Shown here piece by piece: positions 19,457 to 28,776 of a DNA stretch of 64,000 nucleotides. The DNA is from a virus: IMG/VR virus record IMGVR_UViG_3300045988_154953. One strand, 5' to 3'. Both the position numbers and the translations under genes were made by a program. The notes beneath the pieces were generated by a model that saw only the letters and a program-made list of their open reading frames with translations, ran no database searches and was not told the DNA's origin. Each line of letters begins with the position of its first letter. The stretch's first letter is position 1.

Positions 19457-19732
19457 ATGCTTAATGCGACTAATTGGAAAGAATTAAAGAAACAATTGAA
19501 ACAGATACAGGGTAAGGCTATATTTAAGTTGGAACGTGTTAATAGTATGAATGACGGAACGTTCTATAGAGTATTACACCAGGTAAAACCACATGAATTA
19601 GTTTTCTTTGATGGAAAGCAACAAGTATATTTACAAGTAAATACAGAAACAGAAAATAAAATTGTATACTTTGAAAATGGTTTTAGAATTGGAAACTGCA
19701 CTTATATATTAGATAGAATTATGGAGGTATAA
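19457..19732 (+). CDS. hypothetical protein
   Basis: tiled + strand ORF. Confidence 0.55.
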   Translation: MLNATNWKELKKQLKQIQGKAIFKLERVNSMNDGTFYRVLHQVKPHELVFFDGKQQVYLQVNTETENKIVYFENGFRIGNCTYILDRIMEV

Positions 19733-19734
19733 TC

Positions 19735-19959
19735 ATGAATGCTGTCCAAGAAGAATGGGAGAAAATGAGAATTGCATATCAAAATAGGTACGCAAAAATG
19801 TGTAAAAAGATAAAGGAAAATGAATTTAATACCGATAATCACGGAGCTTTACTTGAAATGAGCTATGTTTTGATTACTGTGTTTGGATTGACGAATAAAC
19901 AGGTACAAGAAATTGAAAGAAATGACGGATTTACAAATGCAGATGTGAAAAATACGTAG
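19735..19959 (+). CDS. hypothetical protein
   Basis: tiled + strand ORF behind GGAGGT. Confidence 0.55.
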   Translation: MNAVQEEWEKMRIAYQNRYAKMCKKIKENEFNTDNHGALLEMSYVLITVFGLTNKQVQEIERNDGFTNADVKNT

Positions 19960-19987
19960 AGCTGCCAATTGGTAGCTCTTTTATTTT
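19958..19987 (+). terminator. rho-independent terminator
   Basis: AGAGCTGCCAA/TTGGTAGCTCT inverted repeat followed by TTTTATTTT. Confidence 0.65.
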
Positions 19988-20008
19988 AGTTAAGGATAGA
20001 GGTGTGCT

Positions 20009-20569
20009 ATGAAACAAAAACAATTCAAATGGACAGAAAGCGAAATTAGATACCTTGAAAGGAATTATATTAAGCAACCAGTAACAATTACAGCTAAACA
20101 TCTTGGAAGAACCAAAAATTCCGTGAAGCATAAAGCTAGTAAATTAGGTATCTGTAATTATAGATATGAATATATAAACGCAACAGAAGCAGCCAAATGT
20201 TTTGGTATTTCTACTTGTCATTTTATAAAACTTGTTGATAAGGGATTGCCATATGAATTTTCTGTTATGTATGAACATCAAAATATGTTATTGTTTTCAG
20301 CGGAAAATATATGGAAATGGATGGAAGAAAATAAGCACATTATTAATTGGGCTAAATATAAGAAAGGGAGTCTTCTTCCAGAACCGCAATGGTTAAATGA
20401 TGCTATTTCTGAATACACAACTCCGAATAAACATAAAAGAATTTCTGAATCAGAGATAAACAATATAAAAATAATGCAAAAGCGTGGAATGACAAATAGA
20501 GAAATTGCTACAATACTTGGAAGAACTTATTATTCAGTTAAAACTATTTCTAAAACTTTATGGAAATAA
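20009..20569 (+). CDS. DNA-binding protein with two HTH/Myb-sigma4-like segments
   Basis: WTESEIRYLERNY...GRTKNSVKHKASKLG and RGMTNREIATILGRTYYSVKTISK. Confidence 0.5.
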   Translation: MKQKQFKWTESEIRYLERNYIKQPVTITAKHLGRTKNSVKHKASKLGICNYRYEYINATEAAKCFGISTCHFIKLVDKGLPYEFSVMYEHQNMLLFSAENIWKWMEENKHIINWAKYKKGSLLPEPQWLNDAISEYTTPNKHKRISESEINNIKIMQKRGMTNREIATILGRTYYSVKTISKTLWK

Positions 20570-20627
20570 AACAAATGTTCTGATATAATAGTATATAGAA
20601 TAATTTATTTAATATTGGAGGATTAAT

Positions 20628-21023
20628 ATGAATACAATGAAAATAACCGATGTTTATGGTAAAGAAAGTATTGTCGATGTAAGCCAAAAAAAACTTTATT
20701 TATATTCCAACAAAAACAATAGATCTGAATGGCAAGCTCCCATTGTAAAAGATGGAATTCATGTAACGAATGTGTGGGTAAATTATATTGTACCAGAGCG
20801 AATTGATGATATTGAAAGAAGATGTGAATCAAGTGAAAGTGTTGTACAAATTGGTTATCATATTGAATTAAATAATTGTAGAGATAGTGATAGCGATAAA
20901 AGGATTTGGAATAAGCTGATTGACTACGTTACAATACACCAGGAAGATTTCTTCGATGAATATGGTGATTGGCTGCCAGGGCTAGAAGTTACAGACGATA
21001 TGATACGGAAATGGATCAAATGA
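20628..21023 (+). CDS. hypothetical protein
   Basis: tiled + strand ORF behind TTGGAGGA. Confidence 0.6.
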   Translation: MNTMKITDVYGKESIVDVSQKKLYLYSNKNNRSEWQAPIVKDGIHVTNVWVNYIVPERIDDIERRCESSESVVQIGYHIELNNCRDSDSDKRIWNKLIDYVTIHQEDFFDEYGDWLPGLEVTDDMIRKWIK

Positions 21024-21035
21024 TTGATTTGACAT

Positions 21036-21067
21036 GGAGGTATAGTTAATTCTATATCTCCTTTTTT
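21036..21067 (+). terminator. rho-independent terminator
   Basis: GGAGGTATAG-ttaatt-CTATATCTCC then TTTTTT. Confidence 0.75.
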
Positions 21068-21074
21068 AATAATA

Positions 21075-21103
21075 TTGACAGCTGTACGCTATTAGCGTAT
21101 AAT
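21075..21103 (+). promoter_or_regulatory. sigma70/sigmaA-type promoter
   Basis: TTGACA, 17 nt, TATAAT (consensus hexamers). Confidence 0.7.
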
Positions 21104-21133
21104 AGATGTATAAATTGAAGGGAGATTTTGATA

Positions 21134-21628
21134 ATGAGTAGAGATTTTTTAATTGTTGATACAGCGTATAATACTAATGAATATCCAGGAAATGTCATTG
21201 TAAAAGTCAATGATGAATATTATTTAATTCCAACATTAAACAGAAATTCTAATGATTTGACTTCATTTAAGAAAATTGAACATGAAGTTATTAAGAATAA
21301 AAACTTAACTGAAATTCCTCGTTACAGATATACAACGCTAGAACTGGAAAAGCGTGAAGGTCATAATATTCCAATAGGGAGAGCAATCACAGAAAAGGAA
21401 CTTGATGAATTAAAAGAAGAGTTACATTTAACGGATGATGATATTTCTGAATCGTTTGAAGAAACAATCGGTGCTATTTACGGAGAAAAATCTGAGAAGA
21501 AATTTAGATGTATTCAGATTAGTGTAGAAGAAGTATACGCTGTTCAGATCGAGGAAAAACTTAAAAAGAAGGGAATTCAGGCAGCGAATGTAACTGCTGG
21601 TAAAATTAATATTAGAATTCCAGTATGA
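21134..21628 (+). CDS. hypothetical protein; frame continues across TGA into an HTH domain
   Basis: ATG 21134 behind AGGGAG; TGA 21626-21628 is followed in the same frame by TLREFRKHTRMSQ... Confidence 0.55.
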   Translation: MSRDFLIVDTAYNTNEYPGNVIVKVNDEYYLIPTLNRNSNDLTSFKKIEHEVIKNKNLTEIPRYRYTTLELEKREGHNIPIGRAITEKELDELKEELHLTDDDISESFEETIGAIYGEKSEKKFRCIQISVEEVYAVQIEEKLKKKGIQAANVTAGKINIRIPV

Positions 21629-21658
21629 ACTTTAAGAGAATTTCGAAAACATACAAGA

Positions 21659-21796
21659 ATGTCTCAATCTGTTTTTGCTTTTTACTTTGGATTATCTGTT
21701 AGAAATGTACAAGAGTGGGAACAGGGAAATAAAGCAATGCCTCCATATTTGCTTAATTTATTAGAACGCATATGGGAATTAGAAGGACATGATTAA
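21659..21796 (+). CDS. XRE-type HTH segment (antitoxin/COG2944-like), N-terminally incomplete as a stand-alone ORF
   Basis: MSQSVFAFYFGLSVRNVQEWEQGNKAMPPYLLNLL; helix 1 (LREFRKHT) lies upstream of the first ATG, in frame with 21134..21628. Confidence 0.45.
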   Translation: MSQSVFAFYFGLSVRNVQEWEQGNKAMPPYLLNLLERIWELEGHD

Positions 21797-21808
21797 GGGA
21801 ACGAAGAC

Positions 21809-22015
21809 ATGAACGAAGTATTGGAACGGCGTTTAGCTGCAAAGAAACAAGATTTAAAAAATGAACAAGAATATTTTAAAATCGACATGCAGCATATTGA
21901 GCAGGCTAGTTATGAAGATAATGCAATTAACGCGTTACTCAGCATGAAGAAATTAAAAACAGAAATTTCAGAGTTGGAACTTGTATTACAAATGTTAAAA
22001 ACAGAGAAAAAATAG
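21809..22015 (+). CDS. hypothetical coiled-coil protein
   Basis: tiled + strand ORF. Confidence 0.5.
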   Translation: MNEVLERRLAAKKQDLKNEQEYFKIDMQHIEQASYEDNAINALLSMKKLKTEISELELVLQMLKTEKK

Positions 22016-22037
22016 AGTTTGCATTGGAGAGTATGTT

Positions 22038-22385
22038 ATGAAAAACAAGTTGGAAAACTTAAATAATATTAAATCTGTAAGCTTCTGTGATTATACAAGC
22101 TATGATTCGGATAAGTGCCACGATGGTGGTAGCTACGCATTCTATAAGGACTATAAACGGGATGATAATGGAAAGTGGTATGCTGTATATAGAACAACTG
22201 CTGATTTTGATTATTGCCCTTGCTGCGGAAGTTTCAATAATCATTATGAAGATTATGAATCAGGTTATAGCTGTGGTGAATTTGAGACAGTAACGGATGA
22301 GGAGCTGTTAGATATTATCAACAGCTTCGAAGAAACAGAAGATGAGTATATTGAGTTTAGATATAAAGAGGGGAGTGTGAAGTAA
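22038..22385 (+). CDS. hypothetical protein
   Basis: tiled + strand ORF behind TTGGAGAG. Confidence 0.6.
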   Translation: MKNKLENLNNIKSVSFCDYTSYDSDKCHDGGSYAFYKDYKRDDNGKWYAVYRTTADFDYCPCCGSFNNHYEDYESGYSCGEFETVTDEELLDIINSFEETEDEYIEFRYKEGSVK

Positions 22386-22387
22386 TT

Positions 22388-23089
22388 ATGCAATATAAAG
22401 GTGTATACGCCTGCGGTCATGAAGGAACAGTCAGAATTAGCGGAGGTAAAGCTGCTGATAGAGAATGGAAAGCTAGTAAAGCTTTTGAACATGATTGCCC
22501 AGATTGCCAGAAAAAAGCAAGAGAAGAGGAAATAAGAGTAATAAATGAAGAATCCGCCTCTGATTCCAAAAAATTGAGGTTTCCAGAGCTTGAAGGCTCG
22601 CCTAAGCAAATTGCTTGGGCAAATACAATTAGGCTTAAATTCTATGATTTCTGTGTAGAACGTGGGATTTCTCCTGATGAAGTTATCGATAACGAAACAT
22701 CTGCAAGTTGGTGGATTGATACTCATACTTGTGATGAACAGTTTGTTGCAGAATACGGAAAAGAACCGGAGCAAGAGCCATGTCGAGAGATAACTTATGA
22801 TGCAGATGATGACATTTTTACTTTAAAACTCTTAGACGGTGATAAACAGAATGAGAAATTTATGAAATCACTTGAAAAGATTGAAAATGTAAATTGGGTA
22901 TCTGATACAGGAATCACTATACAGACAAAAAAAGTATTGAAAGTTAAACGTTTAGTATATAGATATTGCTTTGAGATTGATAAGAATACTGCTGATAGAT
23001 TAGAGATTGATAAATCAGAGTATGATGAAGGACTTAAACGAGCAATTGAAGACCAAAAAATATTAAAACGCATTGAGGGAGGAAATTAA
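22388..23089 (+). CDS. hypothetical protein with N-terminal Cys/His cluster
   Basis: YACGHEG...HDCPDCQKK; tiled ORF. Confidence 0.65.
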   Translation: MQYKGVYACGHEGTVRISGGKAADREWKASKAFEHDCPDCQKKAREEEIRVINEESASDSKKLRFPELEGSPKQIAWANTIRLKFYDFCVERGISPDEVIDNETSASWWIDTHTCDEQFVAEYGKEPEQEPCREITYDADDDIFTLKLLDGDKQNEKFMKSLEKIENVNWVSDTGITIQTKKVLKVKRLVYRYCFEIDKNTADRLEIDKSEYDEGLKRAIEDQKILKRIEGGN

Positions 23090-23092
23090 AAA

Positions 23093-23431
23093 ATGGCACG
23101 AATACCAGATAATATTGAATTGAATGGAACATCTTTTAAGTTAGATATATTTAGAGAAAAAACATATACAGACATTCTTGAGAGATATAACATTCCTTAT
23201 ACTATATTAAAAGAATCAGAACAGGTAGCATACGGATTTGGAATTGGAGTATATTGTGAAGTTTACAAATATGTCAGTCCAAAGACAGATCGTGATTGTT
23301 ACGTATATGAATACGTGGAAAATCATGGGCCAGATGGATTTGGTAGCTATGTGGCAGTTACCTATTCTGATGAAGAAATTAATATTGTTGAGCTGTACGA
23401 TGTTATTATGGCTTCTTTGAGACCGGAATGA
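23093..23431 (+). CDS. hypothetical protein
   Basis: tiled + strand ORF behind GAGGGAGG. Confidence 0.6.
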   Translation: MARIPDNIELNGTSFKLDIFREKTYTDILERYNIPYTILKESEQVAYGFGIGVYCEVYKYVSPKTDRDCYVYEYVENHGPDGFGSYVAVTYSDEEINIVELYDVIMASLRPE

Positions 23432-23466
23432 TATAAATGAAATATAAATAATATGGAGGAGAAAGA

Positions 23467-23874
23467 ATGCATGTGAATATATTCGAAACAAAATCAGATG
23501 ATGAATTATCTGTACTGTATGAGCAATTCCTTGAAGCAGAAAAGATAGGTAGTTTTTCAGACGATAATGAATTAGGAAAAATTAAAAAAGAATATCAAGA
23601 GGATTTTGGAGCGAATACGATGTTAATGCTCCAGATCGAATTAACACATACCATAGCAGATAGATGGTATAAAAACAAGAAGAATCCAGTTAGAAAATAT
23701 AAATATAAAGTTGACTTATCAGCCGATGATGCAACAGTTGGATATATTCAACTCACTTCAGAAGAAGCAAAGATTGTAGAATATGCAACGAATGAAGAAA
23801 ATTGGGATATTGTTAAGCAAGGTGAATATAGTGGTTTGTTTGAAATTGATGTGAATAATCCAATTGAAATCTAG
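23467..23874 (+). CDS. hypothetical protein
   Basis: tiled + strand ORF behind GGAGGAGA. Confidence 0.6.
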   Translation: MHVNIFETKSDDELSVLYEQFLEAEKIGSFSDDNELGKIKKEYQEDFGANTMLMLQIELTHTIADRWYKNKKNPVRKYKYKVDLSADDATVGYIQLTSEEAKIVEYATNEENWDIVKQGEYSGLFEIDVNNPIEI

Positions 23875-23897
23875 GTTCATAATGGAGGTATATAGAT

Positions 23898-24137
23898 ATG
23901 AAAGACATGAATATTACAGGAAATGCAATTGAAAATTTGTTAATATCATATGCGGATCATAAAGCACAGGAAAAATTATTTATAGAAGAAACAAATTTTG
24001 ATATAGATAAATTAGAAGCAAATTCAGAATTTATGTATCATAAAGGGTTTTGTGAATGTGCAGAAAGATGGATTAGATGTATCGGTATAAGTCCAAATAG
24101 TCCTATAATTGAGCAGATGATTAAGGATAATATGTAA
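23898..24137 (+). CDS. hypothetical protein
   Basis: tiled + strand ORF behind TGGAGG. Confidence 0.55.
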   Translation: MKDMNITGNAIENLLISYADHKAQEKLFIEETNFDIDKLEANSEFMYHKGFCECAERWIRCIGISPNSPIIEQMIKDNM

Positions 24138-24176
24138 ATTTAGGAATCCAAGTTTTAAATGAAAATGAGGAATGAT

Positions 24177-24440
24177 ATGATAAAAGAAATTTATGATTTT
24201 TGTGATTGTTTAAATTTGTACGCAATTGAATATAGTGGAAGAGGTATGTTTGGTGAGAAATGTATTGGCATTATTTGCAATGATCCTTTGAATATATTAA
24301 TGGAATTGATTGTGTATATCATGGATAATTATGATTATACAGGTGAGCAAATTAAAGAAAATCTTGGTAAACCTGAATGGGATGATATGGGGTTAGAAAA
24401 AATCTTATATTTCCCATTTATAAAATTAGACAAAATCTAA
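24177..24440 (+). CDS. hypothetical protein
   Basis: ORF 24159..24440; ATG 24177 follows GAGGA. Confidence 0.55.
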   Translation: MIKEIYDFCDCLNLYAIEYSGRGMFGEKCIGIICNDPLNILMELIVYIMDNYDYTGEQIKENLGKPEWDDMGLEKILYFPFIKLDKI

Positions 24441-24458
24441 GTTTCAGGAGGTGATTTT

Positions 24459-24674
24459 ATGAATAAATGTGACTGGTGTAATACAGATCTATATAAAGCA
24501 ACTTACTATGGAGATGCTGATTTTGATATGGAACATACTATAGAAGGTGATAATTTGGTGTGCTTGTCTATACTGTGGAATTCAAAGTCAAAAAAGTTTG
24601 GATTATATGCCGGTGGTGAAAGTGAGGCTTTCGTAAATATTAATTATTGTCCTAAATGTGGAAGAAAATTATAA
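24459..24674 (+). CDS. zinc-ribbon protein
   Basis: CDWC...CPKCGRKL; AGGAGGTG RBS. Confidence 0.55.
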   Translation: MNKCDWCNTDLYKATYYGDADFDMEHTIEGDNLVCLSILWNSKSKKFGLYAGGESEAFVNINYCPKCGRKL

Positions 24675-24725
24675 TTAAAAAACCAATGAATAAATGATTT
24701 CATAAAATGGAGATGAATTTATACT

Positions 24726-25202
24726 ATGGAATTTGCAAAATATTATAATGTGTCAAAAATTGTAGAAAAAATGCAGAAAACAGGAGAGATTGACTGCTAT
24801 CCTACAGATGATGATAAGTTTGAAGGTGTATACGTTTGTATGGATACTAATGATTTTTGGATAAGCAGAATCAACAAAGGATATAACGGAAAATACGAAA
24901 GAGAAGATGGGAAATATCTTGTAGAACGTAACAAGATCAGTATCTATGATGTTATGGATAAATTGCATGAATGGTATGGAAAGAAGTTACCGGAATTCAA
25001 TGAAAAAGATTTGGGTTATGAACAGAAAAATAAAGTTCATGATTATCTGAAGAAATTTAAATCAAAAGATATTTGCAGAGCAGTTATTTTCTTGGATGAT
25101 TTTGACGGATTATCAAATTGGGATAATTATGAGGCGAATTCTTTAGAAGAGGCTATAGATATTATTGATGGTGGATACGGAATTCTTTCATTAGTAGAAT
25201 AA
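24726..25202 (+). CDS. hypothetical protein
   Basis: tiled + strand ORF behind TGGAGATG. Confidence 0.6.
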   Translation: MEFAKYYNVSKIVEKMQKTGEIDCYPTDDDKFEGVYVCMDTNDFWISRINKGYNGKYEREDGKYLVERNKISIYDVMDKLHEWYGKKLPEFNEKDLGYEQKNKVHDYLKKFKSKDICRAVIFLDDFDGLSNWDNYEANSLEEAIDIIDGGYGILSLVE

Positions 25203-25228
25203 AAACTATTACGAAAGGAATGGATGTC

Positions 25229-25465
25229 ATGTTTAAATGGAAAGATTATGAAGAAATCACAGCATTGTTTATTGATGGAATAAACGAAAACATAGCAATT
25301 TTAAGATATAAAGATTTTCAGTTGATAGATGTAGCTACAGGATTAAAAGTGAAAATGAAATCGTCTAATATTGATGAAGCTAAAATTGATGCAGAAAATT
25401 ATTTGAAAGAATTGTGGTACAGAGTAGAACGTAATTACAAGAGAAATCTTGATGCATTGAAATAA
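25229..25465 (+). CDS. hypothetical protein
   Basis: ORF 25220..25465; ATG 25229 follows AAAGGA. Confidence 0.5.
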   Translation: MFKWKDYEEITALFIDGINENIAILRYKDFQLIDVATGLKVKMKSSNIDEAKIDAENYLKELWYRVERNYKRNLDALK

Positions 25466-25612
25466 GAGGTATATTTTATGAAAAAAAGGAAATGGATTTA
25501 CGACTATGTAACAGTGGGGAATAAAACATATCAGTTTAAAAATGGAAAATTAAAATGGACTATTAGATGGGAATAGATCCAAGTTTTCATGAAATGAAAT
25601 GGAGGATAAATT

Positions 25613-25834
25613 ATGAAAAACGAAAGGTATGCAGTTGCTTATAATGATAAAATCGGAAATGGATTTACGGAAACGGAACCTTGGATTCTTGATGACTTTG
25701 ATGATATAAGACAAAGTAGAATAAAGGCAAATGGATTGATCAGATCGGGGTATAAGAATGTAACAATGTTTAAAATCTGTGGTCAACCGCCAGAATGTAT
25801 TACATGGTCATATGTAAAGAAACATGAAATTTAA
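25613..25834 (+). CDS. hypothetical protein
   Basis: tiled + strand ORF behind TGGAGGA. Confidence 0.55.
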   Translation: MKNERYAVAYNDKIGNGFTETEPWILDDFDDIRQSRIKANGLIRSGYKNVTMFKICGQPPECITWSYVKKHEI

Positions 25835-25866
25835 CTTTCATTAAAAAAGAAAGAAGGAATAATAAT

Positions 25867-26025
25867 ATGGAAAAGAAAATATTTACTTTAGAATTAACAG
25901 AAGAACAGGCTAAATGGGTTAGAATTGCACTTGATACAAATGGAGATAAACAAGATGAGGCAGGTCATAAAAATAGGGCTGAATTTCTGTATGGACTTGC
26001 AGAAAAATTAAGAATGAAAGAATGA
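25867..26025 (+). CDS. small hypothetical protein (52 aa)
   Basis: ATG behind GAAGGAA; its stop lies inside the conserved junction sequence. Confidence 0.45.
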   Translation: MEKKIFTLELTEEQAKWVRIALDTNGDKQDEAGHKNRAEFLYGLAEKLRMKE

Positions 26026-26057
26026 TTTACTCTGAAGATTGGAGGAGATGATATAAA

Positions 26058-26237
26058 ATGTATGAATGGTCAAAAGAGATTATGGAAAAGATTGCTGCTG
26101 CAAAATGTCTTACAGAATCAGAATTGCGTGAGACGGAAATAGCGTTGAGAATGCATGACATCAATACAGACATATTAGATGAAGCTATAGGTTTGTCAAA
26201 TGACGGAAAATATGAATTAAAATATAAAATATTATAA
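26058..26237 (+). CDS. small hypothetical protein (59 aa)
   Basis: ATG behind TTGGAGGAG of the conserved junction. Confidence 0.45.
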   Translation: MYEWSKEIMEKIAAAKCLTESELRETEIALRMHDINTDILDEAIGLSNDGKYELKYKIL

Positions 26238-26283
26238 GTGCTGAAATGACGATTCCATGATTATGGAAAGCAGGTGATATAAA

Positions 26284-26823
26284 GTGAAAATAACAAGATT
26301 TAAAGATATTCCTCAATTGACAAGAGCTGGAACGTACAATATTAATGTTCCATTAACTCATATTTTAAAAACGCTTTCAGAATGGGAAGAAGATGAATAT
26401 TATCGTTTACAATTAAATCCTAATTTTCAACGTGGGCATGTATGGACAGAAAATCAACAAATTGCATATGTTGAATTTCTACTACGTGGAGGAAAATCAG
26501 CAAAGGTAATTTATTTTAATAAACCAAGTTGGCAGACGGTTGAACCTATTAATGGATATGATGATTTTGTATGTGTTGATGGTTTGCAAAGAATTACAGC
26601 GGTAACTAAATTTTTAAAAAATGAAATTAAAGTTTTTGGTAGTTACTATAAAGATTTTGAGGACAAAATACCTCTCAGTGTAGACCTAATCTTTAATGTA
26701 AACGATCTTAAAAATGAAAAAGAAGTTCTTCAATGGTATGTTGATATGAACGCTGGTGGAACGCCACATAAAAACGAAGAGATTGAACGAGTAAAACAGA
26801 TGATTGAAGAGTTAGAGAAGTAA
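26284..26823 (+). CDS. DUF262-type ParB/Srx-fold protein
   Basis: FQRGHVW and VCVDGLQRITAV (DGQQR-like) motifs; GTG start behind CAGGTGA. Confidence 0.6.
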   Translation: MKITRFKDIPQLTRAGTYNINVPLTHILKTLSEWEEDEYYRLQLNPNFQRGHVWTENQQIAYVEFLLRGGKSAKVIYFNKPSWQTVEPINGYDDFVCVDGLQRITAVTKFLKNEIKVFGSYYKDFEDKIPLSVDLIFNVNDLKNEKEVLQWYVDMNAGGTPHKNEEIERVKQMIEELEK

Positions 26824-26997
26824 ATGGATAGATGGAGATATGCAGTTCATTATTGTGAACACCATGAATGTAAAGACTGTTATATTTACAAAAACAATTT
26901 AGATACTCGAACAAAAGATGAATATTTTGATACTCCATGTTGTGAGAACATTCACGATTACTTAAAAAGAAAAGATCTGAATGAATTGCCATGGTGA
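26824..26997 (+). CDS. small Cys/His-rich protein (57 aa)
   Basis: HYCEHHECKDC...TPCCENIH; ATG overlaps the upstream stop (TAAATG). Confidence 0.4.
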   Translation: MDRWRYAVHYCEHHECKDCYIYKNNLDTRTKDEYFDTPCCENIHDYLKRKDLNELPW

Positions 26998-27007
26998 TGT
27001 GATATAA

Positions 27008-27214
27008 ATGGAATGGTCGTGTCCTGTTTGTGGTGCAAAACATGATAGAGACATTAACGCTGCAAAAAATATACTGGCGGAGGGATTACGACAAATAGCA
27101 TAAGAAGAATAACTATATAGGGCAGGGACTGCCCAAATTTACGCCTGTGGAGATAGTAGGTCACGAGGTCTGTGAAGCAGGAAGCCCATTGGCTTTAGAC
27201 AATGGGTAGTTCAC
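27008..27214 (+). mobile_element. tnpB: IS200/IS605-family remnant: last ~30 codons of tnpB plus right-end/omega-RNA-like structured tail
   Basis: [31 protein letters not shown] is the Zn-finger/RuvC-III end of TnpB. It is followed by a G+C-rich tail with GGGACTGCCC and GAAGCCCATTGGCTTTAGACAATGGGTAGTTCAC hairpins. Confidence 0.6.
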
Positions 27215-27295
27215 TTTGAGGCGAAAAGATATGTATGGATTCTCAAGCATTGCTTCAATAAGAAATGATTTGACTTTTAAATATGGGGTAATATA

Positions 27296-27736
27296 ATGGC
27301 GTATTTTATATTAGATCAATGTGCAGAAGATGCAGCTGAAGTGATTTGGGGTAGAAAGAAAATTGTAGGGAATAGAATCGTTGACTGTGATCCAGAGATT
27401 GATGAACAGAAACAAGAAAATACAGATTATGGATGGCTTGCTCCAAATGGGAAATTTCATCTTGTTAAGTTTGGAAATCATCAGGTATGGGCTTCACAAT
27501 ATCTTTTAGATGAATATCGAAAAGGAAATATTGAATCAAAATACAATGAAGATCCGTCTGACAAATTATGTGAAATGGGATTTATATTGATTCATAATCC
27601 ACATGGGTACAATTTCTCTGTTACAAGAAATTGTAATAAAAGGATAACAACTAGACAAGAAAATTTTCTTATTGAATATTTTGAGCAACGCAATATGAAG
27701 GAATGGTTATATAAAATATACAGAGGTGAAATTTAA
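27296..27736 (+). CDS. hypothetical protein
   Basis: tiled + strand ORF. Confidence 0.6.
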   Translation: MAYFILDQCAEDAAEVIWGRKKIVGNRIVDCDPEIDEQKQENTDYGWLAPNGKFHLVKFGNHQVWASQYLLDEYRKGNIESKYNEDPSDKLCEMGFILIHNPHGYNFSVTRNCNKRITTRQENFLIEYFEQRNMKEWLYKIYRGEI

Positions 27737-27755
27737 TTTAAACGGAGGTAATGTA

Positions 27756-27914
27756 ATGGAAAAATTAGTTCAGAAAGTAAAATGGGCTTTACCTGGTTCA
27801 CCAGTACAAGAAATGTTTATGTATTGTGATGCTAGTGTTGAGGCAAATCAAGAGATGCAGGAAGTGTTAGAGAAATTATATCAATACGAGAATAATAAAC
27901 TGGAGGATGATTAG
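27756..27914 (+). CDS. small hypothetical protein
   Basis: ORF 27726..27914; ATG 27756 follows GGAGGT. Confidence 0.45.
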   Translation: MEKLVQKVKWALPGSPVQEMFMYCDASVEANQEMQEVLEKLYQYENNKLEDD

Positions 27915-27915
27915 C

Positions 27916-28107
27916 ATGAGCTATATACGTTGCCCGAATTGTTGGAAAAGTGATGGAAACGATGATATTATTTTGAGTAAGAAAATCATATGCATGGATA
28001 CTTCCGATTGTCAGATATCAGTTAAGAAACAGTGTGATATATGTGGAAAGATATACGAAGTGATAGCAGAGTATAAATTTTCACACGAAATGTTAGGAGA
28101 ATATTAA
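27916..28107 (+). CDS. zinc-ribbon protein
   Basis: ORF 27907..28107; CPNC...CDICG; ATG 27916 follows GGAGGA. Confidence 0.5.
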   Translation: MSYIRCPNCWKSDGNDDIILSKKIICMDTSDCQISVKKQCDICGKIYEVIAEYKFSHEMLGEY

Positions 28108-28277
28108 TGACAGAGCAAGATATTAAATGCTGCCAGTGTGGAAAGTTTATTTTAACAGAGCAGCTCACAGATGATAATAAGATCAGATGTATAAAGGGAA
28201 GTTATGATGATGGATATTATACAAACGATGATAAGTTCTATTGCCTGGAATGCGCTGAAAAGTTGGGATTGGAGTGA
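28107..28277 (+). CDS. small zinc-ribbon protein (56 aa)
   Basis: CCQCG...CLEC; TAATG overlap with the upstream stop. Confidence 0.45.
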   Translation: MTEQDIKCCQCGKFILTEQLTDDNKIRCIKGSYDDGYYTNDDKFYCLECAEKLGLE

Positions 28278-28282
28278 TATGA

Positions 28283-28741
28283 ATGGATACAGAGAAATAT
28301 AACGGAGATATCATTAGAATTGATCGATTGATTGAGTTTTTGCCAACTGAACATTGGTCATGGGATAAAACAGGAGAAATAAACTTAGACGATATTTCAG
28401 TTGCGATGCATGATACCATTCCAGAAATTTCTGAACCGTATGGTGACAGTTGGAAACATCCGATTTTGGAACAGAAATCAAGGGAATGGCATATAGGGAG
28501 AATTATTTATTTTATCAATCACCCAACGGAAATAAGAGATATTGAGATTGATAATGAATGCAGTGGTAATTTTATTCTTCCACAACCAATTATTGTAGAT
28601 GGTTGGCATAGATATGCAGCCGCTAGATGGTTATATGATCAAGGCAAATTATCTAAAATCCATTGCAGATATGGTGGAAGAATGGATGTTTTAGAATATC
28701 TGCAAGGGAAACTGGATGATTTATCGCTGGAAGCCGTATAG
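28283..28741 (+). CDS. ParB-like nuclease (Srx-fold) domain protein
   Basis: PIIVDGWHRYAAARW (DGxHR motif). Confidence 0.45.
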   Translation: MDTEKYNGDIIRIDRLIEFLPTEHWSWDKTGEINLDDISVAMHDTIPEISEPYGDSWKHPILEQKSREWHIGRIIYFINHPTEIRDIEIDNECSGNFILPQPIIVDGWHRYAAARWLYDQGKLSKIHCRYGGRMDVLEYLQGKLDDLSLEAV

Positions 28742-28776
28742 CAAATAAACGATGATTTCTTATAAAGGAGAAAAAT

